DNA from: Eledone cirrhosa
Lineage: Eukaryota
NCBI GenBank assembly: GCA_964016885.1
Contig: OZ024742.1
Location: 4,402,001-4,466,000, forward strand
Reading direction: 5' to 3'
Length of the DNA: 64,000 nucleotides
The position numbers were made by a program, and so were the translations under genes. The first letter of the stretch is position 1. Every line of letters starts with the position of its first letter. This document shows, piece after piece, positions 42,201-55,146 of this stretch. The notes under the pieces were generated by a model that saw only the letters and a program-made list of their open reading frames with translations, ran no database searches and was not told the origin of the DNA.

Positions 42201-43463
42201 GACTGTATTTGTAATTTAAAGCTCCGCCTTTGTAACAGATTAGGGTACGCTAGTCCTGTCTGGGATACAGGGGCCTGTGGAATACTCAACAGCTTTTACG
42301 TCGTCACGGTTCGGACAGACGTTTAGATGATGGAATGAATGAGAGCTCATCGTCAAAACTGACGGAAGATCCATCATTCATAAACAATCTCTGTAGAAGT
42401 TCATTTGGTACAATCGCCACCATGTCATCGGCGACTAATGCAATAAGATTATATTTTCTTGGAATTAAATGCGCTGGAATTGGCTTAACATTTCAAGCTC
42501 TATTGAATTTCAATAAAAAAAAAGTTCCATGCTCTTTCTATTGCCACCATTATTAGTTCTGTTTTTATTGTCTGGGTATTTTTTAGATTACAAAATGACA
42601 TTTCAAAAGACATAAAAAAGCCATTGTTATTTCTGTTGTTTAAATCGTCATAGCCAATGGCTTATTGTTTCGTAAACTCGGTGAGTTCAAAGTATTTTGC
42701 TCGTTCTATTTCTTTGTTATACTCCATATTTTCTTCTTTCTTTATTGTGCTTCTCGTTCTTAGCCTATAGTCCAATGAGTATTATGTAGACAGCTATACA
42801 ATGGTTATATAACCTTACAGATGATTGACTCACAGGTACAATAGAATGGCAATACCATTCGCAATACCATTTGCAAGATGTTATACCATTGTAAAGGTAT
42901 TTGGGACTCTATAGTATTGGGGGAGTATTTTTAGTTTGAGTTGTTTTTGTCGTTGTTGTTGTTTTGCTGTTTTGTCTAGGAGGTAGATTTGTTGTATTGG
43001 ACCTCCGGCAGTAACAACGATGAGTGTTCCTGTTGTTTGACCAACGGTAGAGCCTACACGTGAGATTAACATGCAAACAGCTGAATAGTCTATAATCTCG
43101 TGTAGGTTAAAGGCAGTTCTCGCAGGAATTTAGCCAGACATACAGTATTACATTACTGATCATTTAAATTACAGGAACGTTTATTTCATGATTTAGTTGA
43201 GTAGACAGGAGAAGCGTGAAGTGTCTAACTGAAGCAAAAAATATACCGCTGCTGAGTTCACCATCTAATGACTATGAGATGAACACCCTAACTACTAAAC
43301 GACACACGGTTACAGGGAAGGAAGGGCAAAATCAATGACAATTTTCAAAACCATTGCGAATAGGAGCCCGAACGGGAAAAGGTAACTTCAAGATGGAGCC
43401 CTGACTCGAATACTTGCAGTATTCTTTGTTAAAGACTCCCAAATAGGGAGTGTTGGTGTTGAA

Positions 43464-43682
43464 CGGATTGGCAGTATCGGTGGAGCGTCGGGCTTCGAAC
43501 CATAGAGTTACGGCCCTTTACGTATTGATTTTAAATTCCACCGTGGTTAGTTTTGCCTTTCATTCTTACGAAGTCGATAAAATAAAGTACCAGTAATACA
43601 CTGGATTCAATTTAATCGACTTTCCCCTACCCCAAAATTGTTGGCCTTGTGCCTAAATCAGAAACCAATATTATTATTATTA
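43464..43682 (+). mobile_element. SINE of second family (Nin/Deu-domain-like)
   Basis: Colinear with 33105-33326, ending in an (ATT)n tail. Confidence 0.75.
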
Positions 43683-45782
43683 TTGTCGTTGTTTGGCTAC
43701 TTTTTTTTATTACAAAACTGTATACATTTGTCAATTACTTTCTAAATACTAATTCCTGTGACTAAGAAGTAAAAAGTAAAACATCTCACAGTTAAGCATA
43801 TGATAAACTATTTCTGAAAATCTAAATACATCCTTGAACACAAGTACTGCTTATCTTGTGTACAAGTATTATTCCCCCGCGAGTGAAAAACAGAAAATGA
43901 TAAATTTCGAAGCTGACAAATTTATTCAACGAAGTTGACAGATAAGAGGAGTTGTTCATGTCATGGTATAATATATTTATCTTTAGTAAACACTACACCA
44001 TGATTTTAATACACGAACGTGTGTGCAATTTTAAACCTACATGGCGTTGAAACGAAACGAATACCCACTTCAATATATTCAACACTTGCGCATGCGTGCC
44101 TCTTTCAATATACCGAAAAGAAAGAACCATTAGAAAAGTCAAGAATATATTGAACTTGCCATCCTTCTAGGTAGTTTTAGTAATTATTTATATATTCTAA
44201 TGTCATTCATCTAAGAAAGAATTGTTAATGCAAGCAAACCATTCTGAGAGTACGCCTTTGAAACATCGATTTTAGATTCTCTGTTTTTATTTTCATTTAT
44301 CTTTTTTGAAGGTAATACTTAGTTTATTTGATGCTGGATTATAGATATCCATGCCAATAATGCATTACGATCCGATATATATAAAGGCGGCTGTTTGGTG
44401 CGAGTAAAAGACTGTCAGTTAATATTTTAACGCCCACTGTTGTCACTTCTTGAGAACACGCCAATTGGCAATAAATTTTCAGTTCCAACTAAGGTTTAGA
44501 GATATATCTCAAGTCGAAGATGTCACAAAGAACCTTCTAGAAATAACTTTTACATCTACCTTAACTTACACTCACCATATTAAAATGATAGCACATTTTA
44601 TTATGTTCCTCTACGTACACTATGCATGAGAATAAGTTGTGAATGATAAAATATAAAAGACATTTGATAATAGCCTTATTATATAGAACATAGAATTGGT
44701 ATCATCGTTTTCGCGTTGCATTAGATGTCTTGCTATTTGTTGGGGTCCTGAGCTTTTAGCCCAAATTCCGATAAAACCCACTTTGAATTTCATCTCTCCG
44801 GAGTCTAGTAATATTGGATTACTGGAATTGTTAATGGGTCGTACATGATGCTTTCTAGTACAGTAGTGTCTGCTACTTCTACAGTAGCTGTGTCAATGTG
44901 TATTGACAGATGGGATATTTAAACAATTTCACGTTCAATTTCTCCACCATTTTTCTCTACCAAAACGAGCCGAGAGCATCACACAGGAGGAAGGAAGTCC
45001 CCTGAAGTGAAATGGCTGATGTTACGGATATCGCCGGCAGCTCTTCACATCAACGCATTTAACATCTTTACACATTTTTATTTTTTCTTTTCTTTTTATC
45101 TGTTATTTTATACTTTCCGTCGTTATAAAAATGTAATTGTATTATGTTAAGATTGTATTCCTCCATTTCCTGAATATTGAATATTTAAAGCATCTTATTG
45201 GCAAAGTAATTACAACGTCCGGTAAAATGCTTTGCGGCATTCGGTCAAATCCCACCAAGTTTAACTTTGCTTTTGATATTACGAGGTCGATAAATAAAGA
45301 AGCAGTACAGTAGCGGTTGGTTTCTTTCTCTTGATCTCTTTCTCTCTATCAACCTCCTCCTCTGCAAGAAATAGGTTGGTGAGGAATATGCTTCACCGGG
45401 TTTTAATGCCCAAGAAGTAAACACTTACAGCGAGGATTTATACACGCTCAGTTTATAGACTTATTCATTTATTCAATGCATTGTCATTATTCATTCTATT
45501 TTTGTTATACAAACTACTTATTAATAGTATTTCATTACTCATGGCAACAGATATTCAGTGCATCAACATGTCATTCCCTATATATATGGAAATTATCTAC
45601 TTATATTATAAGTCTTTTAATATTAAATTTTCTATGAGTTGATATATTTAACAATTACAGTGACAAAAAATTGTAATATAAAATCGAGATCAAATTAAAA
45701 AAATTAAAATTACTAACACATATATTTATATTTACACATATGTTAACGTGCACACATACACACATACACATACACACGAGTA

Positions 45783-45858
<76 letters not shown>

Positions 45859-46244
45859 TATATATCTACATATATATATATCTACATATGTATATATATA
45901 TATATGTATGTGCGTGTGTGTGGGGGGGGGGGGGTATATGTGTGTGTGTGCGTGTGTGTGTGAGTGTGTGTATGTGTATACATAAAATTGATATGATCCT
46001 ACTGAAAACTAACATACGTCAATATCTTAATAGCAATGTCGCTTCACCTTTCTTCACACCTGCCTCTTTATACCTACAACATCTCTGCAATAACATTTAA
46101 ACAAAATTAATTTTAAAAAAAGTATAAAATCGATATTCCAGCTTCCAATACTACTTTCCCTTCTTTTCATTTGTATCAATATCAGAAAATAAATATATCT
46201 TTTTTTCTCTTGTGTCAATAAATTTTATTTGACGTTGCTATCGA

Positions 46245-46293
<49 letters not shown>

Positions 46294-46318
46294 CATACAT
46301 ATATACACTCACACATAT

Positions 46319-46419
<101 letters not shown>

Positions 46420-47037
46420 AATATGGTGGCTGCCAACTCGTTTTCGAGTACGGCCACTACTTTATATCCATGTAGGAGAACTCCTACCGATGCGCTGAAC
46501 GAGTGTGACTTTTTAGTCCAGCCAGTGACTTGAAAACTTTGGTACAAACACTACACTTGTGACAATTATTGACACATAGTGCTGGGCCCATGGTACCATG
46601 TGACGACAAGTGCAGAGAGATCTCCAGATATAAAGCAATGCCTGTGCCGTGAAGCTTTTATAGTGAGCAAAGGCGCTGCACAAAGCCAGTCCCACTCTCT
46701 TAACCAAGATGATATTTACCAAAAAAGAAGAACAAGTCAACATCATTGGATACCATCAAAGTTGCAGGTGTTATATCAGAGTTTTCCTTCTCCTAGAATT
46801 CTGCATTGACAAAGGCTAAGGGGTCATCTCTCCCGGTGAATTTGGATGGCCATTGACTCTTAAGAGCTCCTTTGCCCTTTCACAGGTTTTGTTTTTAGTC
46901 CTGCAGGATGTCCAAAGTCACCCTCCTCACCAAGAAACCTTGGTGGGGTTGCCAGTTTAGTCGCCAACGACCCGACCATGAGACAGGTTGTACTGGGATA
47001 CATGTTACCAGTAGCACCTACTGGTGACCTGACATCA
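46420..47037 (-). mobile_element. Probable 5' region of an RTE-like LINE inserted between (TA)n tracts
   Basis: GC-richer insert flanked by (TA)n. The minus strand has ctaggagaaggaaaactctga and ccaccaaggtttcttggtg, motifs I associate from memory with RTE 5' UTRs; unverified. Confidence 0.4.
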
Positions 47038-47380
47038 ATATATATATATACATACATACATAAATATATATACACACATTCACACAGACATATATATGCA
47101 TAAATATTTATATATATATATTCATATATATATATATATATATATATAGTAATAATAATAAATTTGAACATATCTTGAAGACTAAGATCCCGTTAAGGCT
47201 GAAAGCAGCGATTCTTTGCTTAAACTTTAATCTGTTATTTTAATAAATATTTGCTCTACGGTTCTTATATATTTGATATATATTTATCCTTATCGAGCCC
47301 TCTCTGGATTTTAGTTTTCAAATTTATTATTATTACTATTTGGCTCCCTCGGTTGAGCACTCTACTGACTTATATTTATC

Positions 47381-49503
47381 ATGCAGAAACAACATCTGAA
47401 TATTTCTACAAAGAACATACCCGTACCAAGCAGGAAAACATACCTAAAACTCCTGATACAGAAAACAGACGCGTTCATTAAAAGGTTGCGTTGGCGGGCC
47501 TTTTACTTCGATAATCCGCGAAAAGCAGACAACAAACAGGATAAATTTGGATTTAAAACCTATAATAACCCCCCGTGTAACCCAGCATTGCTACCCTTCG
47601 AAAATGATGTCTTGGAACTTATTTGGAGTATCAAATTTCGGAATAGGAGCAATTCCTTCCAGCTAGACCTGAATAGAATTCGTTCTATTAAGGATTCTAA
47701 TGCCGTGCACGTCCATTCCGACAAAACTGGCAACCTATATCAAGTGGAGCGCAGTACTTACCATCAACTACTACATAATGCTGTAACTAAGGATTACCGT
47801 AAAACTAATCGGTGCGTCATCAATGAAATCAACGATGCTGGGTTTAAAATCACATCTGATCTCAACATCCTGGACCGGACCGAACCTCTGCACCCTATTT
47901 CTCCCCACTTTACCCTGAAGGATCACAAATCCAATTTTCCGAACAACCCCTCTATTCGGCTTATTAACCCTACGAAGTCTGATTTAGGTAGACTTAGTAA
48001 GACGATTCTTGATAGAATTATACCTGAAATTAGAAGTTTGGCCCCTCTTGCACTGTGGAACAATTCCTTCGCGGTGATTGATTGGTTCAACGGCATATGT
48101 AACAAGGAACATTGCTGTTTTATCCAATTCGACATCAACAATTACTACTCCTCCATCACTTTACCACTTCTTAGAGCTATCAATTTCGCTAAAACACTCA
48201 CAGTGGTTAAGGATTTCGAAGTTGATGTCATCCTCAATGCCCGTAAGTCGGTGATTAATTTCGACGACTCTATTTGGATTAAAAAATCCAATAGTACCCC
48301 ATTCGACGTGAGTATGGGCGCCAGTGATTCTGCGGAGGTTACTGATCTTATCGGCCTTTTCCTTCTTTTCTCTATCAAGGACGAATTCCCCAACGCGGGC
48401 GGTGGTTTGTACCGTGACGATGGTCTTTTGACCATGACTAAGTGCGGACCTCGTGCTTGCGACAGGTTCAGAAAATAACTCACAGCCTTCTTTAAAGGCT
48501 TCAACCTCTCTATACAGGTTGAGGCCAATCTCTCGGTCGTTAATTACCTCGACGTTACCCTCAACTTATTGAATGGGTTGTATTACCCGTATAGAAAGCC
48601 GAATGATACGCTTAATTACATAAGTAAGCATTCCAACCATCCTGCCAGCATAACCAAGAACCTGGTAAGAAACGTTTCGTTGAGGCTTTCCCGTCTTTCC
48701 ACCAACGAGCGTATTTTCAACGACCATTCCACTTATTACAATGAAGCTCTCGCTCAAAGTGGATTTGTCGATAAGGTAGCATATACAGAGTACGAAAATA
48801 GACCTAGAAGAAATAGATCCCGTCGCATTTGTTGGTATAACCCACCATATAATATGTAGGTCGCCACACCATTAGCTAAGATCTTTCTTTCCCTTATTAC
48901 GAAGCATTTCCCCCTACACATAAATATAGTAAAATTTTTAATAGAAATACTATTAAAATGTCTTACTCTACGACTCCTAAGCTTGCACATAACATCACAG
49001 CTTCAAATTTAGCTAAACTACCTAGCCGTAGGAACACGTGCAACCCTGTAGTTAGTACTAACTGTAATTGTAGGAATCGGGTTGATTGCCCCCTATCCGG
49101 GAAATGCCTCTCTAGTAACATTGTCTACAAATGTAAGGTTGTAACACCCACGTCCCGTAGGGCCTACATACGGTTAACCGCCAATAGATTCAAGCAGCGT
49201 CTTTACATGCAGAACCATTCTTTTCGTTACCCTCTAAGAAGGAATATGACGTCACTTTCAGCTTATATCTGGAGTCTAAAAGACAACCACACCCAATATA
49301 AGTTACACTGGGAGATCCTAGCTAGGGCTAGATCGTATAACGGAAATAAAAGACCTTGTGACCTCTGCGCCGCTGAGGCCCTGGAAATACTCTACGCCAC
49401 AGACCACATCTTAAACAAAAAATCTGAGGCAATTTCGGCTTGTAAACATAAATTGCACAAAACTTTCCTGTATTACAGCCCCACGTTATACCCTAACGGA
49501 TAG
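47381..49503 (+). pseudogene. PLE reverse transcriptase-GIY-YIG endonuclease ORF, inactivated
   Basis: RT motifs FDINNYYSSI, MGASDSAEVTDL, LYRDDG; thumb YLDVTL/HSNHP; CNCRNRVDCPLSGKCL linker; IVY...YIR (YIG mutated), CDLC, LNKKSE..CKH. In-frame TAA 48476, TAG 48857, frameshift ~48915. Confidence 0.93.
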
Positions 49504-50081
49504 TACGATCTATACGTGGATATTTTACCTCTCGAGCTAAGTATATGTTTTGTTTATACCTTTACTTATTTGCATAGGTAAGTATATATTATCCGTATGT
49601 TTTGTGAAGGTACGTATACCTTCTCATACGTATATTTGATTGTTATAGCGTATACATTTTTTTATATATTCTGGTACATATGGTTCGGCTATGTGTATAC
49701 GGGAGTTTTGCGTCTGTGTGAGTATGCAGGTTCGTACGTATGTAGCGCGTGTGTATATGTGTACTTCATGTTTTGGTTGACTTACGTCTCCGTACATTCG
49801 TGTATTTACATGTAGGTATGTGTGTGCGCTTGTTATATACGTATTTATTTATTGATATACGTTTATATAATTATTTATTTATTTGTATACACGCTTACAC
49901 ACACACACACATATTTATATGTCCGTGGTTTTGTTTACCTATGGTAAGTTTATGCGTATGCTTGTGTATGTACGTTTCTGTTTGCGTGTATGTATTTATT
50001 TATTTCTATTACTTCTGTATTGTATTTATTTACTTTGTTCTTAACTCCGTAGCGGAGATTCCTTCGGTCTCCTAGTTAGAA

Positions 50082-50527
50082 TTTAGTCTACGACTTCTGC
50101 TATACCATTTACGTGGTTTTGTCTTTGCGTCCTATTGTTCTCCACGTTCCACATATGACGTATTATCTTCGTTTTTTTCGTTCATCGCCAGAGAACGTCT
50201 CTATGCACCACCTAAGAGAACATTAGTCTACGACCTCTATTATACCATAAACGTTTTTCTGTCTTTGCGCGTAATTGTTTTTCACCGCTCCTATTAATGA
50301 CGTATTATATTCGTTTTTTCCCGTTCTTAGCCAGCGAACGTTTCCACGAAACAAAGTATCGTCTTCCTGTCTTCCTCCGGTTGCAACGTTTTTTGAAATA
50401 TTCAGTTCTGCGTTTACAGATTGACTTTCCAGCGAACGTTTCCACGAACCAAAGTATCGTCTTCCTGTCTTCCTCCGGTTGCAACGTTTTTTGAAATATC
50501 CAGTTCTGCGTTTACAGATTGACTTTG
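50082..50527 (+). repeat. Tandem duplications in the PLE 3' UTR (~141-bp diverged pair and 98-bp near-identical pair)
   Basis: ttagtctacgac.. at 50082 and 50223; ccagcgaacgtttccacgaa..ttgacttt at 50331 and 50429. Confidence 0.85.
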
Positions 50528-50529
50528 TT

Positions 50530-50580
50530 AGTTTCAGAAGATCCCGTTAAGGGTGGAAGCAGCGATTCTTTGCTTAAACT
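50530..50580 (+). ncRNA. Degenerate hammerhead motif in the PLE 3' terminal repeat (family D)
   Basis: aguuu CAGAAGA uccc-guuaa-gggu GGAA gca-gcgauucuu-ugc UU aaacu. Two core substitutions; the 5' repeat copy (47184-47226) retains GAAA. Confidence 0.6.
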
Positions 50581-50596
50581 TTAATCTGTTATTTTA

Positions 50597-50690
<94 letters not shown>

Positions 50691-52242
50691 GCATATATAT
50701 ATATAAAGAAATATTATAAAAACTACAAGTTTAGAACGAACATCAGATTATGATTTCTGCCCACTCTGCATATTTATCACTGAGCTATCTGGTACAAGTT
50801 TGCGAAAATATCTCGAAAACACATTTACATTTTATATGTTAGCTCGACTGTGTGAGATATTGAAAATTATATTCATATATTTGTTTTTTGTTTTTTATTA
50901 TTTTATTTAAATTATATCCGAAGATATTTTATTACATCCATTTTTTATTATTTTGTTTTTCGGTATTACCATTGCATTATCATGTTCTTTCACCTGACAT
51001 GACTTGATTCTTTTATCGTTGTGGTCTCTGTTTTTATGCTGGTCTATTACTATGATTTCTCCAGAAAGTATGACAACGTTTAGTTACAACTCCAACTACA
51101 TCATGCATGATTGTAGCAAGGATTCACAGACTAAAGAACTTCTGTTTCTGAGAAGCCATTTCATATGGTTTTTAACTTAACTACAAAGCCCGCAATTTTG
51201 AGGGAGCGAATGTCTATTTATTGGACCTATTACACGGTGGTACTTTATTTTATCTACTCTTGAAGAAGGGTGAAAGTCATAATTAACATTGAGCTATTTG
51301 AAACATCTTATTAAAAAATTGTAGAAATTACCTAAGACGTTTTGTATGACACTCTATCAATTCTTCCAACCCATGTAAGAACTATCCAATGCAAAATAAA
51401 GATTTATGTTTTCTACTTTGGATGTACAAAATTTACTTAAATTTAAAGTGAACTCGATAGGAAGAAACTACAGGAAAAAGAAGTATTCATGATTTTTGCA
51501 GCGGTCCAATCGTTATTCAATCTATTTTATTCGTATAAATAAAACTTCCGAATAACCAATAATGGAAAACAACATGGTAAATACATGCACAGTTCCGATT
51601 CTTTGAATAAGTTGCTTCTGAAACAATGTCAAAACAGCGTTCCAATATTTCAGTTGTTTGTTTTATTACATATCCAATTACAAACTACTTTTTTAAAATA
51701 CAATCTGTTTGTGTTGATATCTATATTATATAAGAAAGGTTCGATTTTTCCTTATTGATTTTCGACAGCCTTTCAATAACTCTTTATATATATAAAGTGC
51801 AGCAATTGCAATGTTCAATTTCGAGTAAGTTCAATATTAATGTTGAAATCGATCCAATTACCTTATTTCTAAACATTTCTAAATTATATTTACCATTATT
51901 TTTCCATTTTGATTAAAACAAAATAATGGGAGATTGTTATTTTATCGTTGCAATTCGATAAACGTTTAACAAACATAAGAACGTTGTAATGTTGATACGG
52001 GAACATTTGTCAGTAAATATAATTATGCATTTTAATATACAGCATTATTGAATAACGATCATAATATAGGTTTATTGCTGCACACATGGGAAAGTATATT
52101 GTCTGAAAAGAAAAAGAGATGGCCATAGCCGGAACGCCTATGGTTGATCAGCGCTAACTTAGAACTAAACCTTAACAAATGTGACAGCCAGCAAAGGAGC
52201 TACCATTTTAGTATGATGAAATATTGCATGGAGTAAAATATG

Positions 52243-52350
52243 CGATGTTTAGTGGTTGGATGGTTGGATCCCAATCGTGAGGTTGTGAGTTCGAATCTCA
52301 AACCGGGCGATGCGTTATGGCCTTGAACAACACACTTTTTCACGTTACTC
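52243..52350 (+). mobile_element. CORE-like SINE head fragment
   Basis: tttagtggtt...gtgagttcgaatctc...gcgatgcgttatggccttgaacaacacactttt. Confidence 0.65.
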
Positions 52351-52663
52351 TTTCTATCAGGTGTTGCGATCATGAGATAATGTTAGCAATTAAAAAGACT
52401 AATCGAATCATTGTTTCCGTGATCCGATCTGACGATGGTGGAAGGAATAGCAAACTAATGAGCAGGTATGTGTTGAATATAACAAGCTACTGGAGACATT
52501 CGCACAAAATCAGAAACGAGGTTACACACTGAGGTATACCTGAGGATCTTTCGATTCCAGAGTCAGGTTCAATAATAGATCATTCCTCGAGTTGATCGAC
52601 AGTGAAACATATGTAATATATTATTAAATATATGATGCAACGCTGACTCTTTTTTCTTTTATT

Positions 52664-52716
<53 letters not shown>

Positions 52717-52718
<2 letters not shown>

Positions 52719-53650
52719 TATAAATTATGTCCTTAGAATCATTTGATAAGATATATACTCAATTTCCTCTCCCAATCAACATAATCAACCACACAAAAAA
52801 AAACAATTAAACGAGGCTATAAGATTAAAAGTCACCTGTGAAGAAATAATAGATAAATAAACGATAGCCATTTATTCGCGATCAACAGCCATAGAATATT
52901 TACCCATCATTTCAATAGTACGTGGAAATCGAATAAATATATCGTCAACCATACACAATTAGGTATAAAATTAAAGTTAGAAGAAAAATAGCATATACAC
53001 ATACCAGGATTACGTTTTTTCCCTTAGGGTTTCGTTCGCTTTCGGAAATATCCTATCAACGATAAATTATCGAGCTTCGAACTCATCAGGAAACAAACTC
53101 ACTTGGACAAATATTTTTCTTAAATGATCCCCGCCAGAAACGAATTCAAAATGGCTAAGAACTGTGACGTGGCAGTGGTCAAGTCAGAAAGAATATGATT
53201 GGTGCCTAACGGCTAGTAGGCTAGTTGCTAGAAAGCGCAGCCTAATATTGCCCGAATTGCATCTCAACCTTATGGGAGATTATCAAATATAAAGATTTAC
53301 ATATACACAAACTAGATAAAGTTATAGATATGTTTTTTTGCAACCATTCACGATGTGGCTCAATGATGAATTAATAAATTAAATAATCAGAGCAATATAC
53401 TATAAATTATGTCCTTAGAATCATTTGATAAGATATATACTCAATTTCCTCTCCCAATCAACATAATCAACCACACAAAAAAACAATTAAACCAGGCTAT
53501 AAGATTAAAAGGCACCTGTGCAGAAATAATAGATAAATAAACGATAGCCATTTATTCGCGATCAACAGCCATAGAATATTTAACCATCATTTCAATAGCA
53601 CGTGGAAATTGATTAAATATATCGTCAACCATACACAATTAGGTATAAAA

Positions 53651-53654
<4 letters not shown>
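52717..53654 (-). mobile_element. ~940-bp insert with ~258-bp direct repeats (period 682) and an internal degenerate hammerhead (family E)
   Basis: 52717-52974 is repeated at 53399-53654, with (TA)n on both sides. Minus strand 53014-53094 reads guuuc CUGAUGA guucg...cgaac GAAA ccc-uaa-ggg. Confidence 0.7.
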
Positions 53655-53979
<325 letters not shown>

Positions 53980-54005
53980 AGTAGCACAACAGTTAGTTCA
54001 CCATA

Positions 54006-54046
54006 CAGAGGACAATTGTTTCACGTTAAGCGGATCTTCAGCTCGG
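54006..54046 (-). ncRNA. Minimal type I hammerhead motif (family F, left arm)
   Basis: ccgag CUGAAGA uccgcuuaacgu GAAAC aauu GUC cucug; palindromic loop III. Confidence 0.75.
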
Positions 54047-54080
54047 ACTGGTAACGGTTATACCGTATAACCATGACAGT

Positions 54081-54121
54081 CCGAGCTGAAGATCCGCATA
54101 AGGTGAAAAAATTGTTCTCGG
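54081..54121 (+). ncRNA. Minimal type I hammerhead motif (family F, right arm)
   Basis: ccgag CUGAAGA ucc-gcauaa-ggu GAAAA aauu GUU cucgg; perfect stem I, C15.2 mutated. Confidence 0.65.
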
Positions 54122-54215
54122 TATGGTGAACTAACTGTTGTGTTACTGCCTCTGCCAAACTCGTCCCATGGACTGCGTGCTCTACCACTACGGATATTAC
54201 CTTCCAGTGTTCTAC

Positions 54216-54362
<147 letters not shown>

Positions 54363-54552
54363 ATGCTTCATATACTCACTTTTAGTAATAACCTCTTTAT
54401 AAAAGCTGCCAATATTTTGAAATCTTTTTCACTGTAATATCATTTTATTACTCTTGTTTTTTAATATGATGTTAATCACACTGTTAATAATAATGTATTT
54501 TAATGAATGTTCTAAAGACTAGGAATGTAATTACTTGTTTAAACATTGTGTA

Positions 54553-54599
54553 TGCTCCGATGATTCCAAACAGTTGTCTGGAAGAAACGATCGTCAGCA
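54553..54599 (+). ncRNA. Type I hammerhead motif with CCGAUGA core (family G)
   Basis: ugcu CCGAUGA uuccaaa-caguug-ucuggaa GAAAC gauc GUC agca. Confidence 0.65.
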
Positions 54600-54997
54600 A
54601 TTAATGGCATTAAACAAACAATTTATTGTTTTTATATTATAGACTCCTTCTTAACAAGGTGGAAAGACTTGCCTCAACACTTAAATTTAAATCTTTAATA
54701 TACAAATCCAGCCGATCAGTCACTGTATATTTTAGAAAATATCATATATTTTCACAAGATCTCACAGTCGGCAGGTGAACAGTGAGCTGTACTGATCAGG
54801 GGAAATAACCAGAAACATTAGTATCTGCAGTTCTGTTTACATGACAACACAAGAGCAATAATGAGGGGCTCATTCTACTGACAGGGCGTTAAAAATGAGG
54901 TTTGTTTGAATAATTGCAAACGAATCGAATATTATTATTAATATTTAAAAAAATCATATTACATTTAGATATATGTATATATACGTGTGTATATATA

Positions 54998-55052
<55 letters not shown>

Positions 55053-55063
55053 ATATATATATA

Positions 55064-55126
<63 letters not shown>

Positions 55127-55146
55127 GTCTATATATATGTATATAC

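Larger units (their letters stand above)
47148..50604 (+). mobile_element. Penelope-like retroelement (Naiad-like), near full length, with partial direct terminal repeats and short 5' inversion
   Basis: RT + GIY-YIG ORF remnants; direct repeats 47184-47250 and 50538-50604; 5' 21-bp inverted copy (47148-47169 vs 47317-47337); (TA)n on both flanks. Confidence 0.92.

Noticed and set aside
42315-43072. Minus-strand open frames (..PAHLIPRKYNLIALVADDM.., ..GSTVGQTTGTLIVV..)
   Set aside because: No recognisable domain, weak splice signals, in-frame stop upstream; not called as CDS.
47923-48990. Minus-strand ORFs overlapping the PLE
   Set aside because: Antisense shadows of the RT coding sequence.
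47381-49503. Selenoprotein-type PLE with in-frame UGA
   Set aside because: The interruptions are TAA, TAG and a frameshift, not TGA at cysteine positions.
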